Position numbers and translations under genes: made by a program. A DNA stretch of 55,225 bases, filler included, from Catajapyx aquilonaris (lineage: Eukaryota), in assembly GCA_000934665.2 (NCBI GenBank). It is 2 parts of 2 records of this genome, joined end to end, with 100 filler letters (N's around TTAATTAATTAA, not from the genome) between each part and the next. Parts side by side here need not be neighbours in the genome. Positions count along the whole stretch, not along the records: positions 1 to 27,681 come from JYFJ02005062.1; 1 more part is not named here. One strand, given 5' to 3'. The notes under the pieces were generated by a model that did no database searches, had not been told where the DNA came from, and saw nothing but the letters and a program-made list of their open reading frames with translations. Within the stretch, counting starts at the first letter, position 1, and the number at the start of each line of letters is the position of its first letter. Of the stretch, positions 12,782 through 26,428 are shown in pieces.

Positions 12782-13259
12782 GTTTTTTTTTGTCGTTAAC
12801 AAAGTGTATCATTGTTTTTGCAAATCATGCAATATGACTTGTTACAACTGAACAATCTCCAACTCATGGCTATTTTTTGTTTCAAGCGAGGTTTCAAGAC
12901 GAATTATAATTCAGCCCCAGCTGCTTGTCGAAGCTTTAGAATGATAGTGCTGATAGTGTCATATTTTTGACACACTGAATATCTCTACTGCTGTTGCGAT
13001 ATTCCGGGAACACTGCCAATACGAAACTGTATGATTCCCCCCATTGCTAAGAGAAAATGAAATTAGGCAAATGCACTTTTCTGCGACAGGAAGTTTATTC
13101 AGAATCAGAATAATCAGTGTACGTTAGGCCTCAGGTCTTTGCGGCTGTTTTTGTACATGTACCGGCACAGAAGACAAATTTAAGAATATAACAGTGATAA
13201 CACAAGTAATGTGGGGTGGTAAGGTGTGACATGTGCAAAGAGTCATTACTGGTCGTTTA

Positions 13260-15108
<1,849 letters not shown>

Positions 15109-16081
15109 TATTCGGAGGATTCTGCACTTTTTCACGTATGGCACTAAATCAGAGGACTCCTTTCTCCTCAATCCTATGGGGCGTACTGCTTAAATAGTGA
15201 CATTGGTGACCATAGTACGCAGATAAAACATCCATGGGCCGAGGGCAAAGACTTGCATTATCGGAAGAGATGTTGGTGGCTTGATCTCGCCCCACTTAAT
15301 GACCTGCATCAGGAGATGCAAAGTGTTCCTATATGGTTGGGGCGAAAAGTGGTCACATTCGCCTGACTACCAAAATGGAACACCATGTACAAAGTACGGG
15401 AGTCGCGTGTGGTCATTGGGGTTATTTGATTTCATCAGAGGGAGCAATGTACCATCTCATAGAATGTGCCAAATGTAATATAGGGCAGTAATATTAATTC
15501 AGTATGCTTAGTTATAACACAGGTCAAGTCTTGTTCTGCAGATTATGGTTTGGCGAAAATCAGCAATTATTGAAACTTAAAATCATGACAGGAGACGCAA
15601 GAACAATTATTTTGAATTTCCAACTGGCGATTGCAACATTTTAGATCCCACTTGTTCATCAGGTTATATTTTCATAAACCTTTTGGATACACAGGCTCAA
15701 AATAATGTGAAGCCATGAAACGCTGTTATTTTGGACACATTTCCTGTATTAATGACTGTCATTACAAAATTAGTCACATTACTTCAAGAATGTATTAACA
15801 TTTTTGCACCTTTAGTCATGATTTAAACTTTGCAAAATTGTAATACAAACACTTAATCTCTAGAAGAGATTAAATTGGCCATCTGTCGTCTACCGAAAAT
15901 TATGGCGGTCAATGAAAATTGAGATTCTTCCACTTAACTGGCCAGAAGAGTTCACACTGAAAAGTAGATGGGCAAAAGGAATGTAGAACAGATTTTGGTC
16001 ACTGGAAGTTTATTGTATGGTTCAATGTTGAAAATGCTTATTTACAAGTTTTTAGCCATATTTGCTCTACAAAAGGAGGCA

Positions 16082-16898
16082 TTAGTAGCCATACGACTGT
16101 TTAGTCTCGTAGCCGTAGGACTGCTTCTGCTCATACTTGGGCTGCTCGTAGCCATAGGACTGCTTCATCTCGTACTTGGGCTGCTCGTACCCGTAGCTCT
16201 TCTGCTCGTATCCATACGACTGCTTCTCTTCGTATTTTGGCTCTTCGTACTTCTGCTCGTATCCATAGGACTGCTTCTCGTACTTGGGCTGCTCGTATCC
16301 GTAGGACTGCTTCTCGTACTTGGGCTGCTCGTATCCGTATGATTTCTCTTCGTACTTGGGCTGCTCGTATCCGTAGGACTGCTTCATCTCGTACTTCTGC
16401 TCATACTTGGGCTGCTCGTAGCTGTAGCTCTTCTGTTCGTATTTAGGCTGCTCGTAACCATAGCTCTGCTCATACTTTGGGTGCTCGTAGTCATACGACG
16501 ACTGCTTCATCTCGTACTTGGGCTGCTCGTATCCGTAAGACTGCTTCTCTTCGTGTTTGGGCTGCTCGTACTTCTGCTCGTATCCGTAGGATTTCTCTTC
16601 GTACTTTGGCTGCTCGTAACCGTAGGACTGCTTCATCTGGTAACCATAGCTCTTCTGCTCGTACTTTGGCTGCTCGTAACCATACTGCTTCGGCTGGTAG
16701 TAGCCCTGCTTTGCTTCGTACCCATAGGACTTCGGAGCCGCCTTCTCGTAGACGGCCATCCCATACTCAGCAGCGGAAGTGACAGCGACCAGCACCAAGA
16801 AGATGGACAGCGTCTGAAAGGGAGCACAAAACAGCAGTTAATAAACCGACGATTCCCAAACACATTCTCGTCATAACAATACTGACTCCGCAAGACAT
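16082..16898 (-). CDS. Secreted Tyr/Glu/Lys/Gln-rich repeat protein B (~247 aa)
   Basis: Exon 1 16898-16887 (MSCG, GTCAGT donor); exon 2 16813-16082 after CTTTCAG. N-terminus nearly identical to A (AAEYGMAVYEKAAPKSYGYEAKQ). TATAAAA 16988-16982; AATAAA 16014-16009. Confidence 0.88.
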
Positions 16899-16981
16899 GT
16901 CTACACTCTTGTACTTCCAGTGACTTGTTAGGAGTAAAACAATGTACGAGCAAAGAGGAGGAAGAGGGAAGGACACTTGGC

Positions 16982-17056
16982 TTTTATATTGGTCAGCAGC
17001 TCTCTGATTGGATGTTGACTCAATATGCAAACTAATTGTAGCACGTGACTTGAGGT
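16982..17056 (-). promoter_or_regulatory. Promoter of repeat-protein gene B: TATA, CCAAT, octamer-like, E-box
   Basis: ttttata, ctgattgg, atgcaaac and cacgtgacttgagg, colinear with A and C. Confidence 0.65.
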
Positions 17057-17635
17057 GACAGGATATGGTTTCTTTCATATAAAAAGACATTGCCCATCGC
17101 CTCAGGTCATGACCTTCGAATCGTTATCATTTAGCTGACAATTCAGCATATACAGTAATGCAGCTTTAAATTATGTTTATTGCTTAACAAGCAGTTACTG
17201 ATGTAATAACAGACGAGTAAATATTGTTGTTATTTGTTGCCTAACAATATTAACATTGTAGTAGAATGAGAATCAACACACAGGATGTTCCTGTACTTTA
17301 TCAACTTTTTATTGCGGTAAGCTGCTTGTTTTCAGCAGTTATTTTTGAGTTGTTACTATTAGTGGGCATCAAAATAATGTAATAGATACTATAGGCCGAA
17401 TAGAATTCAATTGCAATGTACCTATTGGGAACGGCCCATTGCAACAATATAATTGGGATCTAACAACTTCAAAGCCCATTTTGACATGCGTGAAAATCCA
17501 TGCAAATAGTTTTTAGCTGCTAACACATATTATAACCATTAAAATTATCTGCATTAAAAATCTGCTAAAAAGATGGAAAAAGTATGGTAGTTTTGTTTCA
17601 TCTAATTAAGGATGGAAACAAATTAAAAGACCAAG

Positions 17636-17726
17636 TCCTTCGGACCGGATTTGAACCAGTGACCTATGGATGTCTGCTGTTAGATCCAACTACAGTCCAC
17701 CGCTCTACCAACTGAGCTACCGAAGG
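17636..17726 (-). tRNA. tRNA-Tyr-GTA: tRNA-Tyr(GTA), 18-nt intron
   Basis: Mature sequence identical to the 12692 copy; intron TTGGATCTAACAGCAGAC; T-run downstream. Confidence 0.96.
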
Positions 17727-18099
17727 CTTACTTGAGAAGGGTCCTTTCATGGACAAGGTTAACATCAACGTCAAGAATGCAAATAGTGGCAGTTGCATGA
17801 TACGGGTGTGAATATTGGCAAATGCCCAGAACTATCTTTGTAGACATTCAATAAAAGGAGATAAACCAGGAGGCTATCTATATTGGCTTTCAAATTAATA
17901 ACCAAAATATTAGATATAGAAAAATTTGACGCGATTTCAATTTTCGCAGCAAAGTATCCTCCAAATGATCGTCTGGTCATCTGCATGTATTGGATAAATT
18001 ATAAATAAATTGCCAACAAAACATTATAAAATTCCACTGAATAGAGACATTCGAATGTGAGACTGAAACTATGGTAAACATTTCATTTAAAAAAATAAC

Positions 18100-18189
18100 T
18101 CCGTTGGACCGGATTTGAACCAGTGACCTATGGATGCCTGCTTTCCAACCAACTACAGTCCACTGCTCTACCAACTGAGCTACCGAAGG
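18100..18189 (-). tRNA. tRNA-Tyr-GTA: tRNA-Tyr(GTA), 17-nt intron, two acceptor-stem mismatches (probable pseudogene or weak copy)
   Basis: 3' acceptor strand reads CCAACGGA instead of CCGAAGGA (pairs 3:70 and 5:68 broken), plus G26A; intron TTGGTTGGAAAGCAGGC; A/B boxes and terminator intact. Confidence 0.85.
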
Positions 18190-19114
18190 CTTGTTGATGA
18201 ACACTTCTCATTTTTACTCACACTAAAGGGTCAGAGATTACAATACATATTTTGTACTGTAATAAAATTCAAGTCATTTCAAAAGGCAATTATCGTAAAT
18301 AGTAGTAGACTGATTAAGGACATCAGATAAATTAAGGATATTACAGTATATCAGCAAAAGCTAGCTAAAATACTGCATTCTATTGGGAGGTGGAATATAC
18401 CAGGGTATACCAAATTCGTGGGTCGTTTTTTATAACTAAAATCGCCCGATAGTAGTTATTTTTCTGAAATTTGTTGTGCCCCGATCTAGAAGGTTACCCA
18501 TGACTACCAGGTGGTCGCATATAGCAGTTGCTATAAAATGGGACACCTGGTTTTAGGAGCACAACCTGCTACAAAAAACTAATATTTGGCGATACCAGTG
18601 ACAAAAACAAACCACACATTTTGGAACAATTAACCAGTTTACACCTAGCTAAATTGTTTTTCAATCAACTTTCAAATGGAATCAGAAAAATGGTCGCAAT
18701 ATACAACTGTAGTATTTAAATACGCTCTAGGTCAATGAGCACTTGTCTCCTTTTCCTTTACTAGAAAAATGACCGAGGTACTTAATGCAGATTAAATTTT
18801 TTTATTTGCACCTTTAAATTTAATTTATTCAATCCTACCTGGTAATTTATTCCGGGTTTTGCATATGCCCCACTAATCCTAGATATTAAAAGTAGGGAAA
18901 TCATTGTAATTTTTTTTTTTGCCAACTGAAAAGGGCTAAGTGTGAGGCCATTGTTGCAGCACTTTGGCATTATATGCCTCGGTTAATGAGTTTGATCAAG
19001 TTGCAGGCCACTGCCTTGAAGCGACTAGGGTGTTTTGGGTGCTAGATTGAAGTACTGTATTTTAAATCATGGATGCACTGGTTTTATTTTGGCTAGCAAG
19101 TACAAAAGTGGATT

Positions 19115-19971
19115 TCAGTAACCATATTTTGGTTGCTCGTAGCCATAGGACTGCTTCTCGTATTTGGGCTGCTCGTAGCCGTAGGACTGCTTCTCGTATT
19201 TGGGCTGCTCGTAGCCGTAGGATTTCTCTTCGTATTTGGGCTGCTCGTAGCCGTAGGATTTCTCTTCGTATTTGGGCTGCTCGTAGCCGTAGGATTTCTC
19301 TTCGTATTTGGGCTGCTCGTAGCCGTAGGACTGCTTCATCTCGTACTTGGGCTGCTCGTAGCCGTAGGATTTCTCTTCGTACTTGGGCTGCTCGTACCCG
19401 TAGGATTTCTCTTCGTACTTGGGCTGCTCGTACCCGTAGGATTTCTCTTCGTACTTGGGCTGCTCGTACCCGTAGGACTGCTTCATCTCGTACTTGGGCT
19501 GCTCGTAGCCGTAGGATTTCTCTTCGTACTTGGGCTGCTCGTACCCGTAGGATTTCTCTTCGTACTTGGGCTGCTCGTACCCGTAGGATTTCTCTTCGTA
19601 CTTGGGCTGCTCGTACCCGTAGGACTGCTTCATCTCGTACTTGGGCTGCTCATAGCCGTAGGATTTCTCTTCGTACTTGGGCTTCTCGTACCCGTAGCTC
19701 TTCTGATCATAGCCGTAGGACTGCTTCTCGTACTTGGGCTGCTCGTATTTTTGCTCGTAGCCGTAGGACTGCTTCATCTGGTATTTGGGTTGTTCGTAAC
19801 CGTAGGACTTGGGAGCTTCCTTTCCATACACCGCCACGCCGTAGTCAGCCGCTGCTGAGAAGGCGACCAGCGCCAAGAAGATGGTCAGCACCTGCAGAAA
19901 ATACCACAGAATATTAGTAAATCATCCTAAACACATCACTTCTTACTACACGAACTTACAGAGTACATCAT
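19115..19971 (-). CDS. Secreted Tyr/Glu/Lys/Gln-rich repeat protein C (~262 aa)
   Basis: Exon 1 19971-19960 (MMYS, GTAAGT donor); exon 2 19891-19115 after TTTCTGCAG. Highly regular SYGYEQPKYEEK / SYGYEQPKYEMKQ units. TATAAAA 20059-20053; AATAAA near 19088-19083. Confidence 0.88.
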
Positions 19972-20052
19972 GATTACTGCAGAGTGTGACAGGGAAGCGT
20001 GCTCTAATTGAGAGTCAAAGTAAAGAGGAAGGAGTTGGCCTCAGACTCCTTC

Positions 20053-20130
20053 TTTTATAGCAAAACAATCGTGTTCTCATTGGATGATCTTCTAATATGC
20101 AAATGAGCAGCATCACATGACTTGAGGCAC
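20053..20130 (-). promoter_or_regulatory. Promoter of repeat-protein gene C: TATA, CCAAT, octamer ATGCAAAT, E-box
   Basis: ttttata, cattgg, atgcaaat and cacatgacttgagg. Confidence 0.65.
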
Positions 20131-21409
20131 AGAAAAATGTGGAGGGTTTTTAAAAAGTCAAATGGGGAAAAAACCAGGTCCTTAGCCTCACCAACATGTT
20201 ATTTTATCTAAAGTCAAACATTAAAAAAATTTTTTACAAATGTTGCTGAACATAATTCGGACAATAACAAAACACACAAAAGAAAAGTAAAATAACACTC
20301 AAACTAAATAAAACGCAAATTAAATCAAAAGATTGAATAAAAATCGGGTAGAACAATTCGGCACACATTTGACTGAATTAATTTTTAGTTATTTGTGCAA
20401 TTATCTCTTATCTCTGATCTATTAACTGATTATTATTTATATTTGAATTATATATTATTAATTACATTTATTTGACAGATTACTGATTATTTATTATTAT
20501 CACGGAATTATTTATAACTAGCTAATTATTTACCACTTATTTAATGTTATAACTAGCTAATTATTTACTACTTATTTAATTTTATAACTAGCTAATTATT
20601 AACATCTCTCGTTATTTATGATTTATTGCTAGCTTTTTATTATTTTATTCCTAATTATTTCGCGACATCTTGCATATGATTGCATATGATTGGCTACAGA
20701 GGTCACTTCCGGTGCAATTAAATCTTGCTGAGTAATTTTATATCATTAAATCAGCATTAACAGGACACTCTTACAGTAATGAGGAGATATTAGCTCACCT
20801 TTTTATTCCCATAGAAAGTGACCTGTTTTTTTGTTGTACTTTCAAGACGACATTTTTTTCGTGCAAATTTGATGGAGCGAAAAAATATCCAGTAATATTA
20901 CGAAACTATAGGAACGTGATTAGCACATTTGCCATCTCATCCGATTGGTAGTAGTAATATTCATGTGGACATGACTTCCGCGTCTTGGTCCACTGAAGGT
21001 GACATCGACCGTGGTTGACATTTGTTTCACTTTCAATGTAATTATTAAAGAAGCACAATCATGTCCGGTTGTAAAGTACAGTAGGCTACATGTGACTTTG
21101 ATCCTTAATGGTTTTTTTTTATTGCCTTTAATTGATCTCACGGTCCGAATATTTAAGGCTGTAAAAATACCTTGGTAATCGTGGGACACATAATTATATT
21201 GCACATGCAACAGTCTGATAATTGTCTTGCTAATTACAATGTTCACATGATCACATGATCAGACTCAAAATAAAAAAGGGGGGAAAAACTGTTCGAGTTT
21301 TAAATTTATTTTTTTTTTAAACCGCTAATGTCATTGAGTGGCTTATAAATATTAATAAATACGAAATAATAAGTAGCTATACCAATAACTTAGCAATTCA
21401 TCGTTCACG

Positions 21410-21730
21410 CCAATGCAATGAATTAACACCAATTAATTTTAATAAAATCAATTAAGAGAACTACGGTAACCCAAATTAAGTATTATTAACAAATAATTAA
21501 AATTAACGCCAATTAACCGCAATTAAACCGATTAACGCCAATTAATCATAGTTAAGTATTAGCTACAATATCAATTAAAATAATTAATCACAATTAAATC
21601 AATTAACGCCAATTAACCGTAGTTAAGTATTATCAACAATATCAATTAAAATAAATAATCATAATTAAGTATCATTAACAACAATCAATTAAAATTAACA
21701 CTAATTAACATTGCCAATTTATTACTAATT
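21410..21730. repeat. AT-rich degenerate tandem repeat (AATTAACGCCAATTAA)
   Basis: Several copies of aattaacgccaattaa and ttaagtatt. Confidence 0.7.
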
Positions 21731-22054
21731 AGCCTAATAACATAAGGAACAGATCATTTTTTTTCAAAATTATCATAATATATTAATATATCTGACAATG
21801 GCGAAATGAAGGTTGTGATTATAATCATTAATCTCACATATTTTTTCCAATAATTTATGCAACTATTTGCAACCATTCTGATCATAGTCTGTGTAGGAAG
21901 TAGTATGATTAAATCCATTGATAACCTTCAGTCTGGTTTGATTGAATGAACCAGATTTCACCCTAGGCTCATTGCCAGAACCAGTTTGGTTTTTTTGTCC
22001 ACTGATTAGATTGAAGCATTACATGGAGTAAAAGTTGGAGTAGTAGTCAACAAG

Positions 22055-22144
22055 CCTTCGGTAGCTCAGTTGGTAGAGCGGTGGACTGTAGTTGGTTGGA
22101 TAGCAGGCATCCATAGGTCACTGGTTCAAATCCGGTCCGAAGGA
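22055..22144 (+). tRNA. tRNA-Tyr-GTA: tRNA-Tyr(GTA), 17-nt intron
   Basis: Intact cloverleaf; intron TTGGTTGGATAGCAGGC; T-run terminator follows. Confidence 0.96.
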
Positions 22145-22493
22145 CTATTTTTTCTTATATTTTCCATACTTAGTCAAATGCAGCACTAGGTGCCACCTGG
22201 TGTAGCATAACCGATCCATGTAAAACCCTGAAGAGAATGTACCAATAACTTGTACCTGACCACGGTACCTGACCTACATGCGAAGTGTCTGGTACCATTA
22301 ATGGGCCAGTTCACATCCGGAACAAATTGCATTTGACAACCATGGGAAATTCATGCAATCTGATGACGTCATGCTATTATGTTCTAATCACGCCAAGGAC
22401 TTAAACAAAATTACTGAAGACATGTCATACACATGCTCGTGCAGTACCGGTACATGCTATTTGACCGAATAAGAATATTTGGCAAAAATGAAG

Positions 22494-22584
22494 TCCTTCG
22501 GACCGGATTTGAACCAGTGACCTATGGATGTCTGCTGCTAGATCCAACTACAGTCCACCGCTCTACCAACTGAGCTACCGAAGG
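22494..22584 (-). tRNA. tRNA-Tyr-GTA: tRNA-Tyr(GTA), 18-nt intron
   Basis: Intact cloverleaf; intron TTGGATCTAGCAGCAGAC; T-run downstream. Confidence 0.96.
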
Positions 22585-23345
22585 CGCTTGGTGGGAGAGG
22601 CCTTATGTAAAGTCATATGGCCGCAACTCCTGTACTCGAGAGACGGATTGTAATAATTTTTAAACTAATTTCTTGCTTAATATTTGGATGACCTTGGCGG
22701 TAGTTCACACAAAGGACAAGTGGAGATGATAAGTCTAATTAAGATGAAGTCACTATCTCTTCATCAGTCGGAACAGATTGGCTAATATAATCAGTCATTT
22801 TGAAGTGATAGCTCTCGAGGCATCTTCTCGGCAAGAAATACGCCTATCTTTCCATCAACTATAAAATAGTGCTGACTTCACAAGACTATTGTTGAAAGTT
22901 GTTTTGCACATTGAGACACCAGTGAGCCAGTACCATGTTCTCGTTATGCATAGTCAACTACACAATGTTTATATTATCTGCTATTCTATGTTCGAGTTGG
23001 AGCGGCAACAATGCAATTTCATAGCAGTCATTAGAGCTGCTTACGATGTCAGTGAGTTCAAATCACGTCAGAAATCACAAGCACTGGACGCACAATTATT
23101 CGCTGCTATGCACTCGACTCTCCCGCAAGAAAAAACGCATTAAACACCTGGCCGTTCATCATGGGGCTGCACATGAACATCTAAACACAATAGAACAGAC
23201 AATAAAAATTCACTCAACAATATGAGAGGTACAATTCAGAATGTCACTTTTATTCCAAGTAGTAAAAGGTGGAAAACAATTAGCTAGCAGCAAATGGAAC
23301 GTCACAATAGTGTTTTAAATAAATGTTGCATGTCGCCACAATAGT

Positions 23346-25045
23346 TTATGGTGGTGTCAAAATGTGTCCATTCATGTCCATTGTGGACAGGTCGTGGACA
23401 ACCACCGCCTTCTGCCAGCCACAGGAATACAGCTTGTTGTTGAGTGGGCTCCACGCCAGTCCTCGTACAAAGTCTGGATGACTTTCATTCTCGTATCTGA
23501 AACAATACGCACATAATATCGGAATTAATCCATCGAAATCTCCATTTAAAAATAAGCTCAATGAAACTCACATGATGGAAGGCTCGGGAGACGACCAACT
23601 GACAACTCGGATGCAATTTTCATCGCCGCAGACAGCCATTATTCCTGGGCTGGAAATAACAAATGACATGATTACATACAGTACAACATGGAATTGTCGC
23701 ATAAATTCATTTCAAGCCTTGAAAACTATGCTTAGAAGGTGCTGGTTTCAATGATATCAATTTTACTATCTACTGAAGTGGGGGTGCGTCTTACATGCCG
23801 TCAAATGCGGTAGTCGTGAGCAAATTTTTATCAGGCAAGTGAACAATTGTCATCAAAGTCCATTTATAATGCTAATGATCACAGTATGATGCAGCATTGT
23901 TTAAAAAAATATGAAGTATCAAACCAATGTGGAGCGAAGGTGAGCCTGTGTATTGGTCGTTCCAAAACATTGACCCATCCAGAGGGTGTTCTCTCGGAAC
24001 GTGCATCCAGCATGAGTGCCTCTCCGGACTGGAGACCAACTCCAACTGCCCAATCACTAGACGGCTGCCATGAGACACATGAAGGTGGATTGGACTGCGA
24101 GGTATGGATAGCTTTAGCCGGTTTCCCCATACGGGTGTCCCACATCAGCACAAGTCCATCGGGAGAGCAGGAGACAAAGATTGCTTCTTCCGTGGAACTT
24201 GCGGACACACTGGTCACCATCTGGGAGTGGGCTGGGAAGTACGATTTCTCCGCCACCATCGAATCCACATTCCAAACCTTGATGCTGCGGATAGGAAGTG
24301 TAAGTCGAATTCTAACGATGCCCTAAAGTACGAACAAGCCGTAACGTACGAACTCACCACATGTCAAGACCGGAAGTGATGACCTTCTTTCTTCCAGCCG
24401 CAGCTGAAACACTCATGACCGCATCGTCATGCTCACACTTGCTGAAAACGGTCTTGAAATGGTGGGACTCCCCACCTGGATTCTCGCTCGGCACCACCTC
24501 CACCACCTCGACCAACCCCGAGTCCTGAACCACCACCATTTTCTGAAAAAACAAGGTTGCAATTACAAACCGTAAGCAATTACAATGCGGGGCTGGTTAC
24601 ATGATCATCCAGAAAGAGTCCGTCGCACACTCCGCCCTCGCATTCGACCCCGGTGAGACTCAAGCTGGCATCCGGTGCGTCCTTTGCATCCTGGTAGTAC
24701 CAAATGGCTCCAGTCCAATACCGGCCGTACATATGCGACGCACCCAGCAGGAGATGTCCATCTGTGAATCGACATGTAATTAATGTACCGTACTTGTAAT
24801 TGAGTCGCCAACGTACCCTTGTTGAACGCAAGCAAGTCCAAGTCCGTCTGAGCTCGTTGAGTAGCGTATGATGAGCAGCATGCCCTGTACTCTTCTGCAA
24901 GCCTGTTTGGATCCGCATGCTGGTGGTGGTGGTGGTCCACTACCAGCGGAGGAGGTATTGCGCTCCAGGCAGGGTGGGTCGGAGGTGGTATCATCATCAT
25001 CGAAGGTGGTAGCGGCGGAGGATGCGAGTCCGGCTCACCCATCAT
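23346..25045 (-). CDS. WDR77: Methylosome protein 50 / WD-repeat protein 77 (PRMT5 cofactor), ~387 aa
   Basis: Exons 25045-24817, 24761-24601, 24542-24358, 24284-23925, 23649-23572, 23496-23346; all GT-AG and in phase, 1164 nt. DGHLLLGASHMYGRYWTGAIW, DSGLVEV, EHDDAVMSVS, IKVWN, FVSCSPDGLVLMWDTR and HPDFVRGLAWSP match MEP50 motifs as recalled. Confidence 0.9.
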
Positions 25046-25133
25046 GCTCTCGTCTACTCTGAATCTCAGAAAGAAAGAAGAAGTGAAGAGAAAGAAGCGT
25101 GGGAAAGAAAAAGGCCGGAAAATTTACACAAAG

Positions 25134-25218
25134 GAGGCCGCCATCTTGAAAAGTGAGTCAGTTGGAGAAATGGACGCTAGAGGCGCGGCGAACCGTCTGT
25201 TCAGCGCTATCTAGTGGC
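25134..25218 (-). promoter_or_regulatory. WDR77 TATA-less promoter with YY1/Pho-type and CTCF-like motifs
   Basis: GCCGCCATCTTG (~25137-25148) matches YY1 CCGCCATNTT; GCGCTATCTAGTGG (25204-25217) resembles the CTCF core. Confidence 0.45.
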
Positions 25219-25350
25219 GTAAACCATAAGTAGATTGTTCATTTAATTTAATTACTTTAAAGCCAATTTAACTGCATATGTGCAGCAGAGTGTGTAAACA
25301 TATGTAAGCTTTTGTACTAGTCGGTTAAAGGAGTATCTTACCAGACCAGA

Positions 25351-25420
25351 CCTCGACAACAAAACGTGATTCTCCCCTGACCCGGTCGGGTCAGGGGAGA
25401 ATCACGTTTTGTTGTGGAGG
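25351..25420. repeat. Near-perfect 70-bp palindrome
   Basis: CCTCGACAACAAAACGTGATTCTCCCCTGACCCG-GT-CGGGTCAGGGGAGAATCACGTTTTGTTGTGGAGG; 34-bp arms with one mismatch. Confidence 0.9.
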
Positions 25421-26428
25421 ATAATATAATTGTACGTATTTTATGATTTTGATAACACCGATTGATAGTCACCGATTGCAAAATGTAACGGAAACTGGAG
25501 CAGGATAGAGATTAACACAAGGATAGGAGTTGAGCTGATGAGTGATAACGGGAAATAGATAAATGAATTTAAGTATGAACTACCGGCAGAAAATTCCCCG
25601 CTGTATTTGTTAGGGCATAGTTCAATAGGAAAAGTACAGTACCGCCGGTACATCAGGTGTAGGAACGATGTGTTTATTCATGAATGACTAACAGTTGTAT
25701 TCACACGGTGATTGATAAATAAAAGTTAAATATTTGCAACAATTGCGGTAAATGAGACACCAAATATCATTTAATTAAAAAAAAATGATACGCAAAAAAT
25801 TCCTGTGTTCGGACTTATATCTCAATCCGGAAGGTAAGTGTGCCATGTTTTAGTACTCTCAGTAGTTTGAAAGTGGGTTAGGTAGCCGTGACATACAATA
25901 CCAACAAACTTTCTGCTTTAGAGCCAATATATTGCAAGATTTACTGTTTATCATCATTTACCTAACCCTAATGCTAGTCTACCATTTTTCGTAAATTAAA
26001 ATAAACAAATCAGACACGTTTTCAACACAAGTTCAAATGACAGACTTTCATTTATTCAAAATGCAAAACGGTATTGTCTGTGGTCATTTCCACAAAATGT
26101 TTCAACCTTATTGCTTACGTTGATCTAAATGCTTGCAAAAATTTTAGTAAATTTTTCCTTTAATTTGCAACACCTTGTACTCTTATCTGTACTTCCAGGT
26201 GTTAACTTTTGATACCTTACGCAACCTATATGTTACACCACTGCCCAAGATCACCTCCTGATTGGCCCATATTATTGAGGCTTTCATCAACCTAGTGATT
26301 ATCTATTATCAATGTGTGGGGGGAAGGCGATATAAAGGAGGATTTCGTGGGCGTTTTGACCTAGTCCAGGAAGTCGTGGGTGGCCTGCATATTGTTAGAA
26401 GACGAGGGATCTAAGGACAGCATCAACA

